A stretch of DNA of 64,000 bases from Octopus bimaculoides (lineage: Eukaryota), in the NCBI RefSeq assembly GCF_001194135.2, contig NC_068982.1, positions 41,909,398 through 41,973,397 on the forward strand, given 5' to 3'. Positions 27,073 to 42,100 of this stretch are shown here, one piece after another (position 1 is the first letter of the stretch; every line of letters starts with the position of its first letter). A model generated the notes under the pieces. It did not search any database. It saw nothing but the letters and a program-made list of their open reading frames with translations, and had not been told where the DNA came from. The position numbers were made by a program, and so were the translations under genes.

Positions 27073-28073
27073 TGTAATACTTCGACTGTGCGAACCAAAG
27101 GAGATGGCGACGTAGACGGAAAAGGCTCCTTTTTACCATATCGCACGGTCGAACACAAAATAATATATATATAAGATAGAAGGCTCGTCGTAAGAGATAC
27201 GAGCCATAGTGCCAGAAAAAGAACTTAGGACAAACTCAACCGTTAGATATATAATGAAAGTAAGTTTATTAACATAGTGAAACTGTTTGTCTGTCTGCGC
27301 GTGCATACGACATATATAATTAACACAGTAAATAAGTCAGGCCTTCGTATCAAGAGAAGGTATACAACAATGTGAAGTGACGGACAGTCGTATAAGCAAT
27401 AGTGTGTGTACAATATGTGAGAGTACAAGTGTGCGTGTGAATGAGAAAAAAGTCTTAAAACACTGAGATAGAGAAAAACCAGTTCGTATTAAAATTACAC
27501 AAGGAGATAGAATGTTCATACGCAGGAAGTTGTGGTCAAGGAGCAGAGCTGTAGTATCACACTATGTGTGTTGAGCGTCGAATGCTGTGACCGTTTACCT
27601 GATACGGAATATTCTCGCTGGTTAGTTCTGTCTGTTGTTCGTGAGTGGAAATTCCACTCATACAGCGTCGAGATAAAACCGCGCTTGTTGAGGTTGGTGT
27701 TGCTGGCGACGACAAAGTTAGACAGTGCATTGGTGGTGAAGACGTCGGCGCTGGAACTGGCTCTGTGTGTGCGTGCGTGTGGTCAACGACCAGACCTGTA
27801 AGAGATCTGGAATCGAAGACGATTGCCGTCGTTGGATCTGGCTTATTTATAGGCGAAAAAGGGCTCACCGGAAACCCAGTAAAACTCCTTCTCACGTGAC
27901 CTTATCTGAAGCCGTCGATTGGATGTAATGCCCCCTTAGCAAGCAGAGCATGGGGACAATTGCCGCTCAAATAAGAACCAATCAGGATGATGGATAGAAG
28001 GATCGAAGGCTAGATGTTAGCAGCTTCGTTATTATTTGTGATTGAATGCCCGAGAGAGAGAGGTTTCACTACA
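27073..28073 (-). mobile_element. Solo LTR (~1.0 kb), Ty3/Gypsy-type
   Basis: On the minus strand it starts TGTAG and ends TTACA, with an identical 4-bp flank TCTG at 27069-27072 and 28074-28077. Internal CCAAT boxes, E-box CACGTG (27893), TATAAATA (27851-27844) and AATAAA (27270-27265) occur in promoter-to-polyA order. Confidence 0.8.
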
Positions 28074-28375
28074 TCTGCTTTAATTTTGAGAGGACCGTCC
28101 TCCCCCACCTCTCCTGTGAAAGCTGTATTGTTTCACTTTACAGATTTCCCTTGGAGGCCTTGCATAGAGGTGCCATGAAGGTTTAAAGCTATTCAGTTGT
28201 TAATAATTGACATTAAAACTAAAAATATATGTGGTAACATGGTTTTCTGTAGTTAACATGTTCAGAATCGGTCATATTGTGAATATTGATGCACTTTGAG
28301 GCTTCCATAGTTAGTAAAATTTTTGCCGAAACCCGCAAGTATTTGTTTTTCAGAATATCTATTGCTGCGAGAACA

Positions 28376-28503
28376 ATGGAATCGTTCGGTGTTGTTGTGG
28401 TCGGTATTGGAATGGCTGGGCAAATACGTATTAGAGATTTACGGAACTTGCCTGCAGACAAACCAAATTTACAACGTTTGAAGCTTATCGGATACGTATC
28501 TCG
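28376..28503 (+). CDS. BLVRA: BLVRA coding exon 1 (MESFGVVVVGIGMAGQIRIRDLRNLPADKPNLQRLKLIGYVSR), NAD(P)H-binding Rossmann motif
   Basis: GxGxxG motif. Donor CG|GTTTGT at 28504. A splice-acceptor-like TTTGTTTTTCAG ends at 28353, 22 nt before the ATG. Confidence 0.95.
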
Positions 28504-28946
28504 GTTTGTAACCATAATTTTTATTTTTCAGTTCTGCAATTTAAATATTTTTTTCCCCATCCTGTTCATCACCGTACCTAAAAATAAAAAAAAAAGATGT
28601 AACTCATTTGGTTCCCCTCCCCCTCCAAAAAGGGACCCCCCCAAATAAACGCACCACACAAACCAAAACAAAAATACGCATTATAGGTTGGTAACCCCCC
28701 CCCATCCCACGTATTTCTTCATAACTTCACGAAAGACTCATATTTTAAAATGAAATTTTGCAGAGATANNNNNNNNNNATTTTTTTTTCCTTTTTATGTA
28801 AGAGTTTGTTTTCCAGATTTATGTCTAAAACATATCTCCAACCTCAAAATAGATGAGTTATGTAATCTGTATCCTTGAAAACGTATCTTTGCAAAATTCC
28901 ATTAAAAATATTCATTGCTTAGTAAATTGAGGTAGTTATGCAAATA

Positions 28947-28987
<41 letters not shown>

Positions 28988-30886
28988 TACTAACTGTTCA
29001 CAAACAAGAATAAATGGGAAATGCAAACGGACAAGTTAACGAGGGATACACCACACGGTCGTTTCTGCCTGTTAGAAATAGATGCCGAATCTCCCCTCGG
29101 ACTACATCCCTATTGTCTTAAAAAAATGAAAGACACCTTGTCATTGGATAACGTGGTCCCAAATACGCTGTTTGAATAAAAGCCGAGACGGTCAATGTTA
29201 GAACGTTTTTGATCATAGGTCTACAACATCAGTACAGAGCTGCAGCTAAACAACAAAAGCAAACGATTGTTATCATTAGAATTTTCCCGGAATAACAGCG
29301 ATTGCTTAAAATAATGCTCAGCGGAACGTTTAGAAGCAGCTATGAGTAACGATCTTTATTTACATGTACTCAGTTACATGTAGGAATGTGAATGAACAAA
29401 AGACTATAATGCATACACTTGTATTCAATCGACTAGATTTGTTTCCCAAACTTTTTCGGACGAACAAATTGGTTAGAACATATACAGGTAATACTGGCGC
29501 AAAATCGATTTTCCGGAATCTTTGATTGCGAATAAGTTACTGATTTTTCTGAACCAATGATGATTACACTCTAAATTAAATAAATATTAAAATATTAATT
29601 GAAGTACACAATTAAATGAAATACCAGTACCTGTACATTAGTGTAAATGATACAAGTATATTAATACTGTGATGTGCAAAGTACCAGTAAAATGGTCTGG
29701 CGGCCTGCTTGGAAATTAGTGCGGATTATAAGAGGTTCTGGACCATTAGTGTCTGGAAAGTGGGTGTTGTACTAATATTTACTTAACTAGCGTTTCTAAG
29801 TAAATGCGGTCAAACATCGCTTCGAATGCATTTATTTGAACGTGTGCAGGCGTATAAATGTATAAATGCCCGTTCCTTTTTAAGAACCTTCTGACCGTGA
29901 CTTTTTTTTCTTCACCCATGACCATTTTGTCTTTTGTTGGAGTTGTCGCGGGAAAGAAAAGGGCATGGAATTAGAAGGCAGAAATGTAAAAAAAAAAATT
30001 GAATATCGAATAGATATGATAGCACCAAATTCACGCGCGCACGCACTGTAGTCGCCAGCATTGCTAGAAACAGCAGCTACATTCCTCAATACATAAATTA
30101 ATATCTAGACGTAGAAATATTGGAAAACTAACATTGTTTGAATTAAGACGCAACACGTATTTCACCATAATATGATCGCCTGGAAAATAAAAGATGAAAT
30201 TGTCGTGTACGGAAATGCCTTCGATCACGAATCAGCTTGATCAGAACAGACTTACAGCTAAGCAACAATAAATAAGATCCTCGACGCAGTCACTAAATTT
30301 TTTCAGTATAGACATAAATTTCTACTTGGTGAAATGATAAGCCCCTGGCCTGGTAAGCCTTGATCCAGCAGACTTCTATGAGAAAAACTGTTTCAATAGT
30401 AATTTAGCTGCTATTTTTTTTGCAGAGGAGGTGACTGTGTAGAAGATTCCTCATCCACTTTAACTTTAGTAAACTGTATCATAAACTCATACCATACACT
30501 TGTTTGTAATCGGTTTCTTTTTTCACTCAAAGGTCCATAATAACACTGAAATCCACATTCAAATAAATATACTGAGGGAAAGTATTAACCTTTATCCAGG
30601 TTAATACTTTTTGTTATTATATTTCTGTCGGAATGCACTGTCATTGTTTCAATTAGTTTTTAAAATATTTTTTTCATCTTTTATCCTTTACTAATTTCAC
30701 TCATTAGACTGTGGTCATGCCGGATTTTTTAGTCAAATGAATTGCTCCAGTACTTAATTTTTTAAGCCTGGTACTTACTCTATCTGTCTCTTTTGCCAAA
30801 CTGCTAAGTTACGGGGACGTAAACACACCAACACCTGTTGTCAAGCAGTGGTGGTGGGGGGATAAACACACACAGACACACACACA

Positions 30887-30938
<52 letters not shown>

Positions 30939-33245
30939 ACATGCTTGTTTCAGTTTCCATTTGCTAAATTCACTCACGAGGCTTTGGTCAGCCCAAGGCT
31001 ATAGTGGAAGACACTTGTCCAAGGTGCCATGTGGTGTAGAATTTCATAAAATAACTTTGTCATTATTAAGCTTGAAAAAATCAACAGGGAATTTTAATGA
31101 AAAGTTCTACTTCAGATCACTTTAAAACAGGGAGTTTGGATCCTAGGAGCAGAGCCAGTCTCAGGTGGGTTGATATGGAAAGGTTTAAAGGTTTATAATT
31201 TAGTGCCAATTCATGTAAAAAGCACCCATGCTGGTGCCACATAAAGAGTGCCCAGCACACTCTGTAACAGGAGTCACCATACTTTTTTGACCATTGACCC
31301 CCTTTAGGCACTTCTTCTGTATCGACCACCCTCCTCATTTAAAATATCTTAATACTTTACCCTACTATACCATATCTTAAATGCGTACCGGGTACTGATG
31401 CTGGCAATTAAAATGTTAGCTAAAATATACATGTACGACAAATTAAGAAATTCTATTGAAAATGACACACTTTTTACATTTAAAATTACGTGTATGAGTA
31501 TACAGTATTAAACTTTCTATTTTTATGACATTATTTTCACGGTTAGAAAATGTGGAAAATGCATCATATTGCTGGAAGATCTTTTATTGAAATTGACAAC
31601 ATCAATGTGAGGGATGAGCATTGCGCTGACTAAGTATTTCAAGCAGTTCATCTGGGTGAGCTGGTCTTTCGCATGCTGACCCCCATTGAACCCCTTGGCT
31701 ATCATCGACCCCTGTAATTCCTCACCGACCCCTAGGAAGTTCCTCGGACCCCCTTTGGCAACTTCTGCTCTATAAAGTGGTTGGTGTTGGGAAGAGCATC
31801 CAACTGTAGAAACCAAGCTAGAACAGACTGGAACCTGGTCCATCTGCCAGCTCTGGTCAAACTGTCCAATCCATGCCAGCATGGAAAACAAACATTACAT
31901 GTTGATGATGATGATGATAAATCATGTTACTTCCAGAATTGCTGGAACCCATTCTTAAAGTTTGAGCTTCAACTCTTCATTGGGTTTTAATTCACTAATG
32001 CACACTTGCTCAAACACAATCCTAGATATGTGTGTTTGTGTGAGTGAGTTTAAATTTCCCTCTTCTTCTTGTGTGTTTGCTACTTGTAAAAAAAAAAAAA
32101 AATGATAGTGTTGCTTTGTCTCAGTCCACTGAAAAAGCCATGTCAAGGCTTCTTGACGCATCTTAACTATGTGTGTGGGCTTTTGTAAAGGTTGTTTGTT
32201 ATATGATAGACTGGGTGATAAATAACGCAGACAGCGGTTAGCAACAGTTTGAGCATCTGGCTGTAGAAAACTCTGACCCAATGTACTTGTGTGTGACCCA
32301 TGCAAGTATAGAAAAATAGATGTTAAAATAATGATGACAATGACAACGAGGAGGAGGAGGAGGATGAAATTTTTGTTTCCTCAATGTTCGAAAAACTGTC
32401 TAAAACTCAACCTGGTATTTTCATAGTGAGACTGTCTTCAAATTGTTTGCAAAAGCCCTCACATATTGTTTCTAAAGGATAACTGACCTGAAAGTTAACT
32501 TAATATATTTATTTTTTTCTCCCTGAATGAAAAGAGAAAAAAAAAAAAAAACTTTACATGTTTCTAGTTGCATTGGACAGAATATGCTTTGAAACAAATT
32601 CAGTTAAATTTCTTTTAGCTTGGAGTTCATTTAATTAAACTTGAAATATAAATCTGACATATAAGCTCCTTTACTTTTAAACTTCTAGTTATCTTGAAAT
32701 TACAAGGTTTTTATTTTTAAAGACTTCCAAAAAGACTCCAAAACTTGTCTTGAAAAGATCATAAAACTGACTCAGACAATCACCTTTCAATTAACCAGGA
32801 ATCTTCAGTGCAAAATAGCAATGAAATACTTAATTCTTTACAGTCCTATATTTAAGAGATGAGGAATTATGAACATTATGTACATTATTTACATTTGACG
32901 GATACTTGCTCTCATCTTGTTTGTTGTTAACACAACGTTTCGGCTGATATACCCTCTAACCTTCATTTAGCAGTATCTTTTTTAGCTGTGCTATGAATCT
33001 ATGGAAGCTGTCTGCCAATGAGGTAGTTCCTTTAGTTTCAGCTCTCATTATATTCGTAAGAGGAATTTCCTTTGCTTTAAAAATCTCTTCAGGTGAGGTT
33101 AGAAGTTTACTTCCAAACCACATGGTTTTGGGTTCAGTTCCACTGTGTGGCACCTTGGGCAACTGGATTCTATAACGTTGGGCTGGCCAAAATCTTGTGA
33201 GTGGGTTTGATAGACAGAAACTGAAAGGAACCTGTTGTGTGTATG

Positions 33246-33278
<33 letters not shown>

Positions 33279-36131
33279 CTATAACTTGATGTATGTATAT
33301 ATCTATGTGTGTGTGCCTTTGTATTTGTACTCTATCACTGCTTGACAACCAGTGTTGGGTTTGTTTACATCTTCATAACTCAGTGGTTTGCTAAGAGAGA
33401 CTGGTGGGCAATTATGGAGTGAATTTTAGGGCTTATAAATCTGACATGGATTAATTAAAATAATAAAAACTCTTCATGCAACAGATGAGGTTCCAGTGTT
33501 TAACTCTTTTTATTAGCCAATCAAAGGCAGCAAACTGGCAGAATCATTAGCATGACGCGCAAAATGCTTTGTGACATTTCTCCCAGCTTTACATTTTCAA
33601 ATGTCACAAAGATTGACTTTACCATTCATACTTTTGGATTGATCAAATATCAGTTGACCAATGTCAGTTGATCAATGTAATCAATTAGCCTTTTTCACAG
33701 AAATTTCAGATCTTGTGCCTATAATAGAAAAAATTAGCTAGTCACAGACCAATACTCTGGTAGTCATTTTGGCTATATTAAGCTGAACTAAAAAAGAATT
33801 TCTCTCTATTTCACTTGGCACCCAGCAGCCATGAGCAAATTGTTGCCTGTCATTGCTCCTTCAAAAAGAATCACCACCAGAAATCCTATTTCTATTCTAT
33901 ATCAGATAGTCTCAGTACAATCATATTTTAGCTGACTGAAATGCTAAATTGCCATATCTCTTTTTGCCGGATTATGTATCTTGATAATGCTATTTCCATA
34001 CCATATTAATTATTCAATTAACTTAATTAACTTGCACCAGCATGAATATATGCATGGTATGTCTTCTACAAATACATTGATGCAAATTTTATTCTCATTA
34101 ATGTTGTCTAATCAAACTTGTTATTCTTCACTGAATGCATTACTATCTAATTTAAACCTGTACTTCTCAATCATTATAAGGACACTGACTACTTTAAATT
34201 CTAGTGTCCCTTTAGGGGTTTTTAAACAGGAATAAAAAAAAATGTTGTAAGAAGCTTGCTTCCCAACCACATGGTTTTGGATTCAGTCCCTCTGCATGTG
34301 CATACTTGGGCAAAATATTTTGAGGAAGACAGGCAGTTACCTAGTCATGCAAGTCTCCTCTCTCAATGCAACTGATGTATATCTGAGGGAGAGGTCACTG
34401 GCTTCAATACAGCTTAGCACCCATGTCATCATAGGTGTTGCTGTCAGAACCAACCCAGAATTGGAACAAATTTAGCAAAGTATCTTTCCTAACCCTGTAA
34501 CAGTTTTGTTAATCCACTGCTTTGGATTAGTACTTTTTCTATACAACCTAAAAGGGTGAAAAGCCAACTTGACTGCAATAGAATTTCAGATTAAAGTTCA
34601 AAGAATCAGAACAAGTATTATAAAGCCTTTTATCCAATGCTTTAATGGATTCTGCAAATTGGCTGCCTTCCTGTGAGACCCTTCAGTGTGTGTGCCATAT
34701 TTCCCAATGTACGAGTTAACATAATGTATAGTGTAAAACATTCAAACATCATCGCTATCTTTCCAAATCTTCCAGCATTTCACATGGATTTTTTGATCCA
34801 CTATAGTTGTTTTGGTGTATAAGTTGACCTACCTTTTATGGCTGTAAATTTTGGTTTGAAAAATTTGATTTGTATGCAGGATAATACAGTATTTCATATG
34901 TACAATGTTCTTCTGAGGGGTTTCCCTCTTTCAGTAATATTTTCATCAAATGAGATTGATGTTACAAATTTGTTAACTCTTCATCCAATTAATGTATTGA
35001 TTTTTATTTGGAACTGTTTTTTCCAGACGCAAGCTTGACCTAGATTTGTTGTCTTTGACCTTACAAGAGGCCTTGAATCGATCTGATGTTCATGTTATTA
35101 TAATTTGTACTGAAGCAGAGGCACATGAAGAGACAATTAGGTAAGTTTTTGCTATTTTGCATGAATTCCATTCCAACTTTTGTTGAAAAAATAAGATTTT
35201 GGGCTAATTAATTTGTTCAGTGAAACCATGTTATATACACTAACACACATCTATCTCATGTTACCATCCACTAAGTTGTGTGTACGCGTGTATGTATGGA
35301 GTTATGTAGCTTATTGGTTAGGGTATTTGGCTTATGATCATAAGTTCGTGGGTTCAATTCCTGGTGGCATGTTGTGTCTTTGAGCAAGGCACTATATTTC
35401 ATGTTATTCCAGACCACTCAGTTGGCAAAAATGAGTAGTGCCTGTATTTCAGAAGGGCCAGTCTTGTCACATTCTGTGTCATGTTGAATCTCCCTGTGAA
35501 CTACATTGAGAGTATATGTGTCTGTGGAGTACTCAGCCTCTTGCACGTTAATTTCATGAGCGGGCTGTTCCATTGATTCGATCACCTGGAACCTTCGTTG
35601 TCATAATGACAGAGTGCCAGTATTCTATATATATATATATATGTGTGTGTGTGTTTGTGTATATAGGCACATGCATGGCTGTGTGGTTGCTTCCCAACCA
35701 CATGGTTCTGAGTTCAGTCCCACTGCATGGCACCTTGGGCAAGTGTTTTCTACTAAAGCCTGTTTGACTGGAAACTGGTAAGCTGGAGGGCTGCACCAGG
35801 TTCCAGTCTGATTTGGCATGGTTTCTAGAGCTGGATGCCCTTCCTAATGCCAAACACTCTGAGAGTGTAATGGGTTCTTTGTATGTGCCACTGGCACAGG
35901 TGCCATTTATATGACACTGCCAACGGCAACAACTACAATTTCACTTGGCTTGATGACTCTTCTCAAGCATAGCATATCACCAAAGGTCTTTATCACTTGT
36001 CATCACCTGTAAGGCCCGACATTCGAAGATCATGTTACCAGCAACAGCCACAATTATGATTTCATTGGTGACATTCACAAGACACTAGCAACAGCCACGA
36101 CTACGATTTCACTTGGCTTGACAAGTCTTCT

Positions 36132-36169
<38 letters not shown>

Positions 36170-39100
36170 GAGACAGAGAGAGAGAGCAAATCAATAACAG
36201 AAGACAAAATTCAATACAAAAACCATAAAAGTCAAAATGACATTCGCAGATAATATTATTATGTTGACCCATAAAGAAAGGAAAAAGAAAAATGTTATAA
36301 AGTTATAGAGTGAAAGTATAACATTTCTGATATAGTCTTTGTGAGATACAAAGAGAAAAGTCCAGGAAAGAGGTGAAAGACAGGAGGAAAAGAGATAAGA
36401 AAGAAGGAGAGAGACCCAAGAAAAATTGTGCATGGGTAACTCACATCTATGATCTTTGACTGGATATATGCATATATATACACACGCGCACATAAATAAA
36501 TATACATCTACATATAAAACTGAGAATGTCTATCTGTCAGTGTGTCTGTATGTGTGCATTACTAAAACTTGAGAACTACCCAACTGATTTCAGACAAATT
36601 TTACACATGTCTTACTTAAGGTCCATGTAGTGTCATGGGTAAAAAAACTTTTCAACTTCTTGCCTAATGTGAGCCTGGTGCAATCTCTCAACTCTTACAC
36701 TATTTCAGTATTACATGTCTAAAGTGAAACAATAACATCTCTATTGTAATGTGAGATAATGCTTTCAGTTTTAATAGTTTCACTATTAATACTGAAACTA
36801 TTATCTCACATGTATACATGCATACATGTATGCATGCATGCATACATGCATACATGTATGCATGCATACATGCATACATACATATATATACATACACACA
36901 CATATATTATATATTAGACAGGCCCATTAGAGCAAAGACAATATTGTAGATAGGGTAATTAGAGCAAAGAAACAGGCCTGGAAGGCCTGGAAGAGTGGGA
37001 GTAGCAGGAGAATGTATCAGATAGCTAAAAGGGAAGCTAGGAGATTGGTATATATAGCCAAGGGAGTAGCAGAAAAGAAGTTTGCCAATGTACAGTGACA
37101 TGAGGACCAAAAAAACAAGTATTTCAGATTGCAAGACAGTGTGTGAGAGAAATGTATCCACATGGATGATGGTGCCCTTGCATTTAATAATTCTACAAAG
37201 AAAGAGGCTTGGAGATGCCATTATGAAAGACTGCTGAATGTGGATAATGAATGGGAGGAGGAGAGTCTGCCAAAGGTTGACACCCTGGTAGATAAAGCAA
37301 TTAAGGATATGAAGACAAGGAAAGCACCTGGCCCATCAGGAATCACCGCTGAGATGCTAAAACTATCAGGCAGTGTGGGTTATGATCTTGTCACCTGCAT
37401 CATAAATCAGGTAGTTCATGAAGGAGTCATACCCAATGACTGGTGTAGCAGCACCATAGTCAACTACTACAAAGGTAAAGGTGATGCTTTAGATAGAAAT
37501 AACTACAGGGGTATCAAATTATTGGATCTGAAGTTACAGAGAAAGTCATAGCCTAACTGATTAGGGGAAGAATTATCCTAGATGAGATGCAGTTTGGTTT
37601 TGTGCCAGGCAGAAGCACCTCTGATTCTATATCTCTGGGAAGGCAACTGCAGGAGAAATATCTAGCCAAAGATAAATCTCTGTACTTGGCTTTTGTTGAC
37701 TTGGAGAAAGCCTTTGACAGGGTCCCCCAATCCCTTATCTGGTGGTCAATGCGGAAACTGGGGATAGATGAGTGATTGGTAAGAGCTGTACAAGCCCTGT
37801 ACAGGGATGCTGTCAGTAAGGTGAGGGTTGGCAACGAGTACAGTGAAGAATTCCGAGTAGAAGTGGGGGTTTACCAAGGATCAGTCCTCAGCCCCCTCTT
37901 AGTCATTATAGTCCTCCAGGCAATAATAGAGGAATTCAAGACAGTCTGCCCCTGGGAGCTCCTCTATGCTGATGACCTTGCTCTAATTGCCGAGTCACTG
38001 CCAGAACTAGAGACGAAGTTTAGGGTGTGGAAGCAAGGTCTACAATCGAAGGGCCTTAGGATTAACCTAGCAAAAACCAAAGTCTTAGTAAGTAGGAAGG
38101 CTGTCAAATCACAAACCCCTTCAGGTAGAGGGCCCTGCTTGATCAAACACACACACACAAATATATACGACGGGCTTCTTTCAATTTCTGTCTACCAAAT
38201 CTACTCACAAGGCTTTGGTTGGCCTGAGGCTATAGTAGAAGACACTTGCCCAAGGTGCCACACAGTGGGACTGAACCCCGAACCATGTGGCTGGTAAGCA
38301 AGCTACTTACCACACAGCCACTCCTGTGCCTACATATTTTAAATTTCTATTGTTAATTTATTATCCAGCATGTTTGGTTTAAATATGACTAATGGGTGTT
38401 TCTGCTGCATAGAGAACAAGCAATATCATTTGCACCCAGCTATTTTCAAATTTGCATCTTTATTCTGGGTTTGTCTACTGATATCGTCCAAAGCAAACTG
38501 AGTATGTGTATGTGTGGCAAACATTATTTTGCCAGGCTACTATAGTTTTTGAGAGAAAATAATGTGGGTTGAATATTTAGAAACTTGATATAGCTATAAA
38601 AATGACTACCTGGTTAACCTCATCCAGATTTTGTTTTAGTTTGAAATGAGAGTCCTTGACCTTTAAGTAGGTCAAAGTATTTTTTATGAACCTAGACTCT
38701 AGGTGGACTATGAATTTGATCTGATTGTTTTGCACAACAGCTAGTTACTAGACAAGGTTAAATCAAATTAGGTTAAATTGAACTAAATTATGTTAAATAT
38801 ATGTGGTATGTAGAGCTTATTTATGAGGGCAATTCTATATTGGTGCAGGTATGGCTAAATGGTAAGAAGTTTGTTTTCCAACCACATGGTTCTGGGTTCA
38901 GTCCCACTGTATGGTACATTGGGCAAGTGTTTTCTACTCTATCCTTGGGCTGACCAAAGTCTTCTGAGTGGATTTGGTAGATGGAAACTGAGAGAAGCCT
39001 GTCATATATACATATATGTATGTATTTATCCCCCTGCCATTGTTTGACAACTGACGCTGGTGTGTTTATGTCCCTGTAACTTATCGGTTCGGCAAAAGAG

Positions 39101-42100
39101 ACTGATAGAATAAGTACTAGACTTACAAAGAATAAGTCATGGGGTCGATTTTTTTGACTAAAACCCTTCAAGGTGATGCTGCAGCATGACCACAGTCAAA
39201 GGACTGAAACAAGTAAAAGATTAAAAGAATGTAATCAAGTTTTAGATTACGTGTAGTTTCCTTGTCCTATATATGTTGTGAGAATTTTTGAAAAAGATTG
39301 TTTCATTTAAAGGGAATAGCAATTGCTGCTTGGAAGTCAAACCAGATATAACCCTGACATTTACCCTTGAATAAAGTTGCATAGTTAAAAATAGCTAGAT
39401 ACAAAGGTAATTGTTAGTTAGCTATACAGCATAAACATGCATTGATTGTACTTCAACCAAATATACTGTATAACTGATTGTAGAAATAAAAAATATGCAG
39501 ACGAACTAAACTCCATATTCATTGTAATTGTTTTGGATTTACACTCCAAAGTGAACCTAAGATTTACCTATCAGATGAGTTACAGTAGGATTGTTCACCC
39601 TAAGTAATCCTTGGTGCTCCTTACAATTCAATGTGGTTGCCTGAAGCCAGATTATAACTGAGTGTTCATACAGTACCTGCTTGGATAATTGATCCCTATA
39701 TTCTCATTATATGTATATCATCATTATCATCATCATCATCATTTAGTGTCCATTGTCCATGCTGGCATGGGTTGGATGGCTTGACCAGGGCTAGCAAGGT
39801 GGAAGGCTGCACCAGACTCCAGTCTGATTTGGCATGGTTTCTATGGCTGGATGCCCTTCCTAACACCAACCACTCTGAGTATGTAATGGGTGCTTTTACA
39901 TGCCACCGGCATGGGTGCCATTTGCGTGACACTGGTATCTGCCAGACTGCATTTTACTATTCTGTTGTTCAACATTATCAGATATCCTCTACTTCCCCAC
40001 TCACCTCTGGCCCCTCTGCCCCACTCATTCCCACCCACCTTGTATCGTGAAGGTCTACCATAACACCTCATATTTTTTATCTTTTTCTAGCTCCACCTGA
40101 TCACTTTGTGTGAAATGTGAGTGGTCATGTAGCACCTCTGCAGCAAGAAATCTGTTCTGTTCTGGCCATTTTCTCTCATACTTTACATCTCTTTGCTCCT
40201 TATCTCCCAGAATAAAGTTGCCTTGACCCCTACCCGTCAGATTTGTAGTCTTGCAAGCTGCATGGTGACCTCAATTGTGCTGGTGGTATGAAAAAAAAAA
40301 ACCACTCAGTACATGCTATAATGTGGTTGGCATGAAGAAGAGCATCCAGCCATAGAAACCATGTCAAAGTACACACTGGAGCATGATGCACTTCTTGGAT
40401 CCACCAGATCCTGTCAAAACTGTCCAACCCATACCAGCTATAATATAGACATTAAATGATGATGATGATGATGATGTCTCATCATAAACTCTATAGCAAT
40501 GTCTTAACACTGTAGCCACTGTTCCTTACTAATAACTATATCTTACTGATAATCTAACATAGATGTAATAGCAAAAATGTAAACCATTTTTTAATATAAA
40601 ACTATTATTGATTACAGGAAATCATTGGAGGCTGGGAAGCATGTATTGGTAGAATATCCAATTGTTATGAACGTTACAGTGGCAAAAGAACTCTATCAGA
40701 TGGCTTCTAGTAAAGGTGCTATATATTATGTTTGTTTTTCCCTTTTTAACTTTTCAGTTTTATTGAATTCATAGATCAGAATATCATTTTAATACTTTCA
40801 GAGATGTGGAGTCAACCAATTTCAAGTTAAAGAGCTTCTATTAAGCCTCTTCAGAAAAAGAAAAAAAAAATCAGTTTAACATTTGTCCTTAGGTCATCGA
40901 TCACTGACTTATGTTGAATGGTTCATTCTTCATGAGGGTAATACTTAGTATTACATTCATCTATCTGTCTTATTTCCTGGTGATTGTAAAGTTTCTTGGA
41001 TTTGCATGTTCACTTGATTGGGTGGTTATCAAGTTAATGTTGCAAATAGTTTGGTCATTTGAAGCAATGTATTGTAAGTTGTACCAAGTGTAGCATATAC
41101 ATTTACCTATTATTTAAGCATAATAATTCACTCAGTATTCAAATATAAAGAATAAGGGCTATGCAAAGGGTGGCCATTTTGTATTATAAAGGGTAAAGAC
41201 CTGCTTTGGTCATGAATGACCATGAGATTGCACCAAGAAAGTTACACTCTGAGACACATGTCCGGGCAAGGTTATTTATAGAAGACCAGCAGTCGTCCAT
41301 GCATACCAGCCTTCCCTCTCCACACCACTAGTGTTATCCAATGGAAAGGCAATGATCAATACAGCTTGCACCAGTGATGTTGCAACTCATTTTTAGAGCT
41401 GAGTGAACTGGAGCAACATCAAATAAAATGTCTTGCTCAAGAACACAACACACAGCCTGATCCAAGAATCGAACTCACTACCTCATGATTGCGAGCCTGA
41501 CGCTTTAACCCCTGAGTCATGTGCCTTCACATTTTTTAATTATAAATATATGTAAAATATTGGTTTCAAATGTTGGCACAAGGCCAGCAATTTCAAGTGA
41601 GGCAGTAAGCCGATTATATCAACCCAGTGCTCAACTGGTACTTATTTTATCGATCCCGAAAAGATGAAAAGCGAATTGGAGCTCGGTAGAATTTCAACTC
41701 AGAATATAAAGACAGATGAAATGTCACTAAGTTTTTTTTGTCTGGTGTGCTAATTATGTGTAAAATACTGTCAGTAAATATGACAATTAACCCATTAACT
41801 TTTATCAACCAAAACCTAAAATGTTTTATTTTATGATAAAGTGAATAGTGGGTAAATATATATATGCTGCACCCAGTGTATACTTTGTAAAATTATATAT
41901 AAACATCACTTATAAAATTTTGGCAATGTACTTGTCTGGCTATGCACACACACACGCATGCACACACACATATACACACACATGCATATGCTTATATGAT
42001 AGACTTCTTTGAGTTTCCATCTACAAAACCCTCTCACAAGGCTTTTTTGTTGGCCTGGGGCCCTAGTAGAAGACACTTACCCAAGGTGCCATGCAGTAGA

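Noticed and set aside
27557-27895. 112-aa minus-strand ORF and overlapping plus-strand ORFs as the first exon of a host gene
   Set aside because: They lie inside a TSD-flanked solo LTR, the long ORF starts at GTG, and I recognise no protein similarity.
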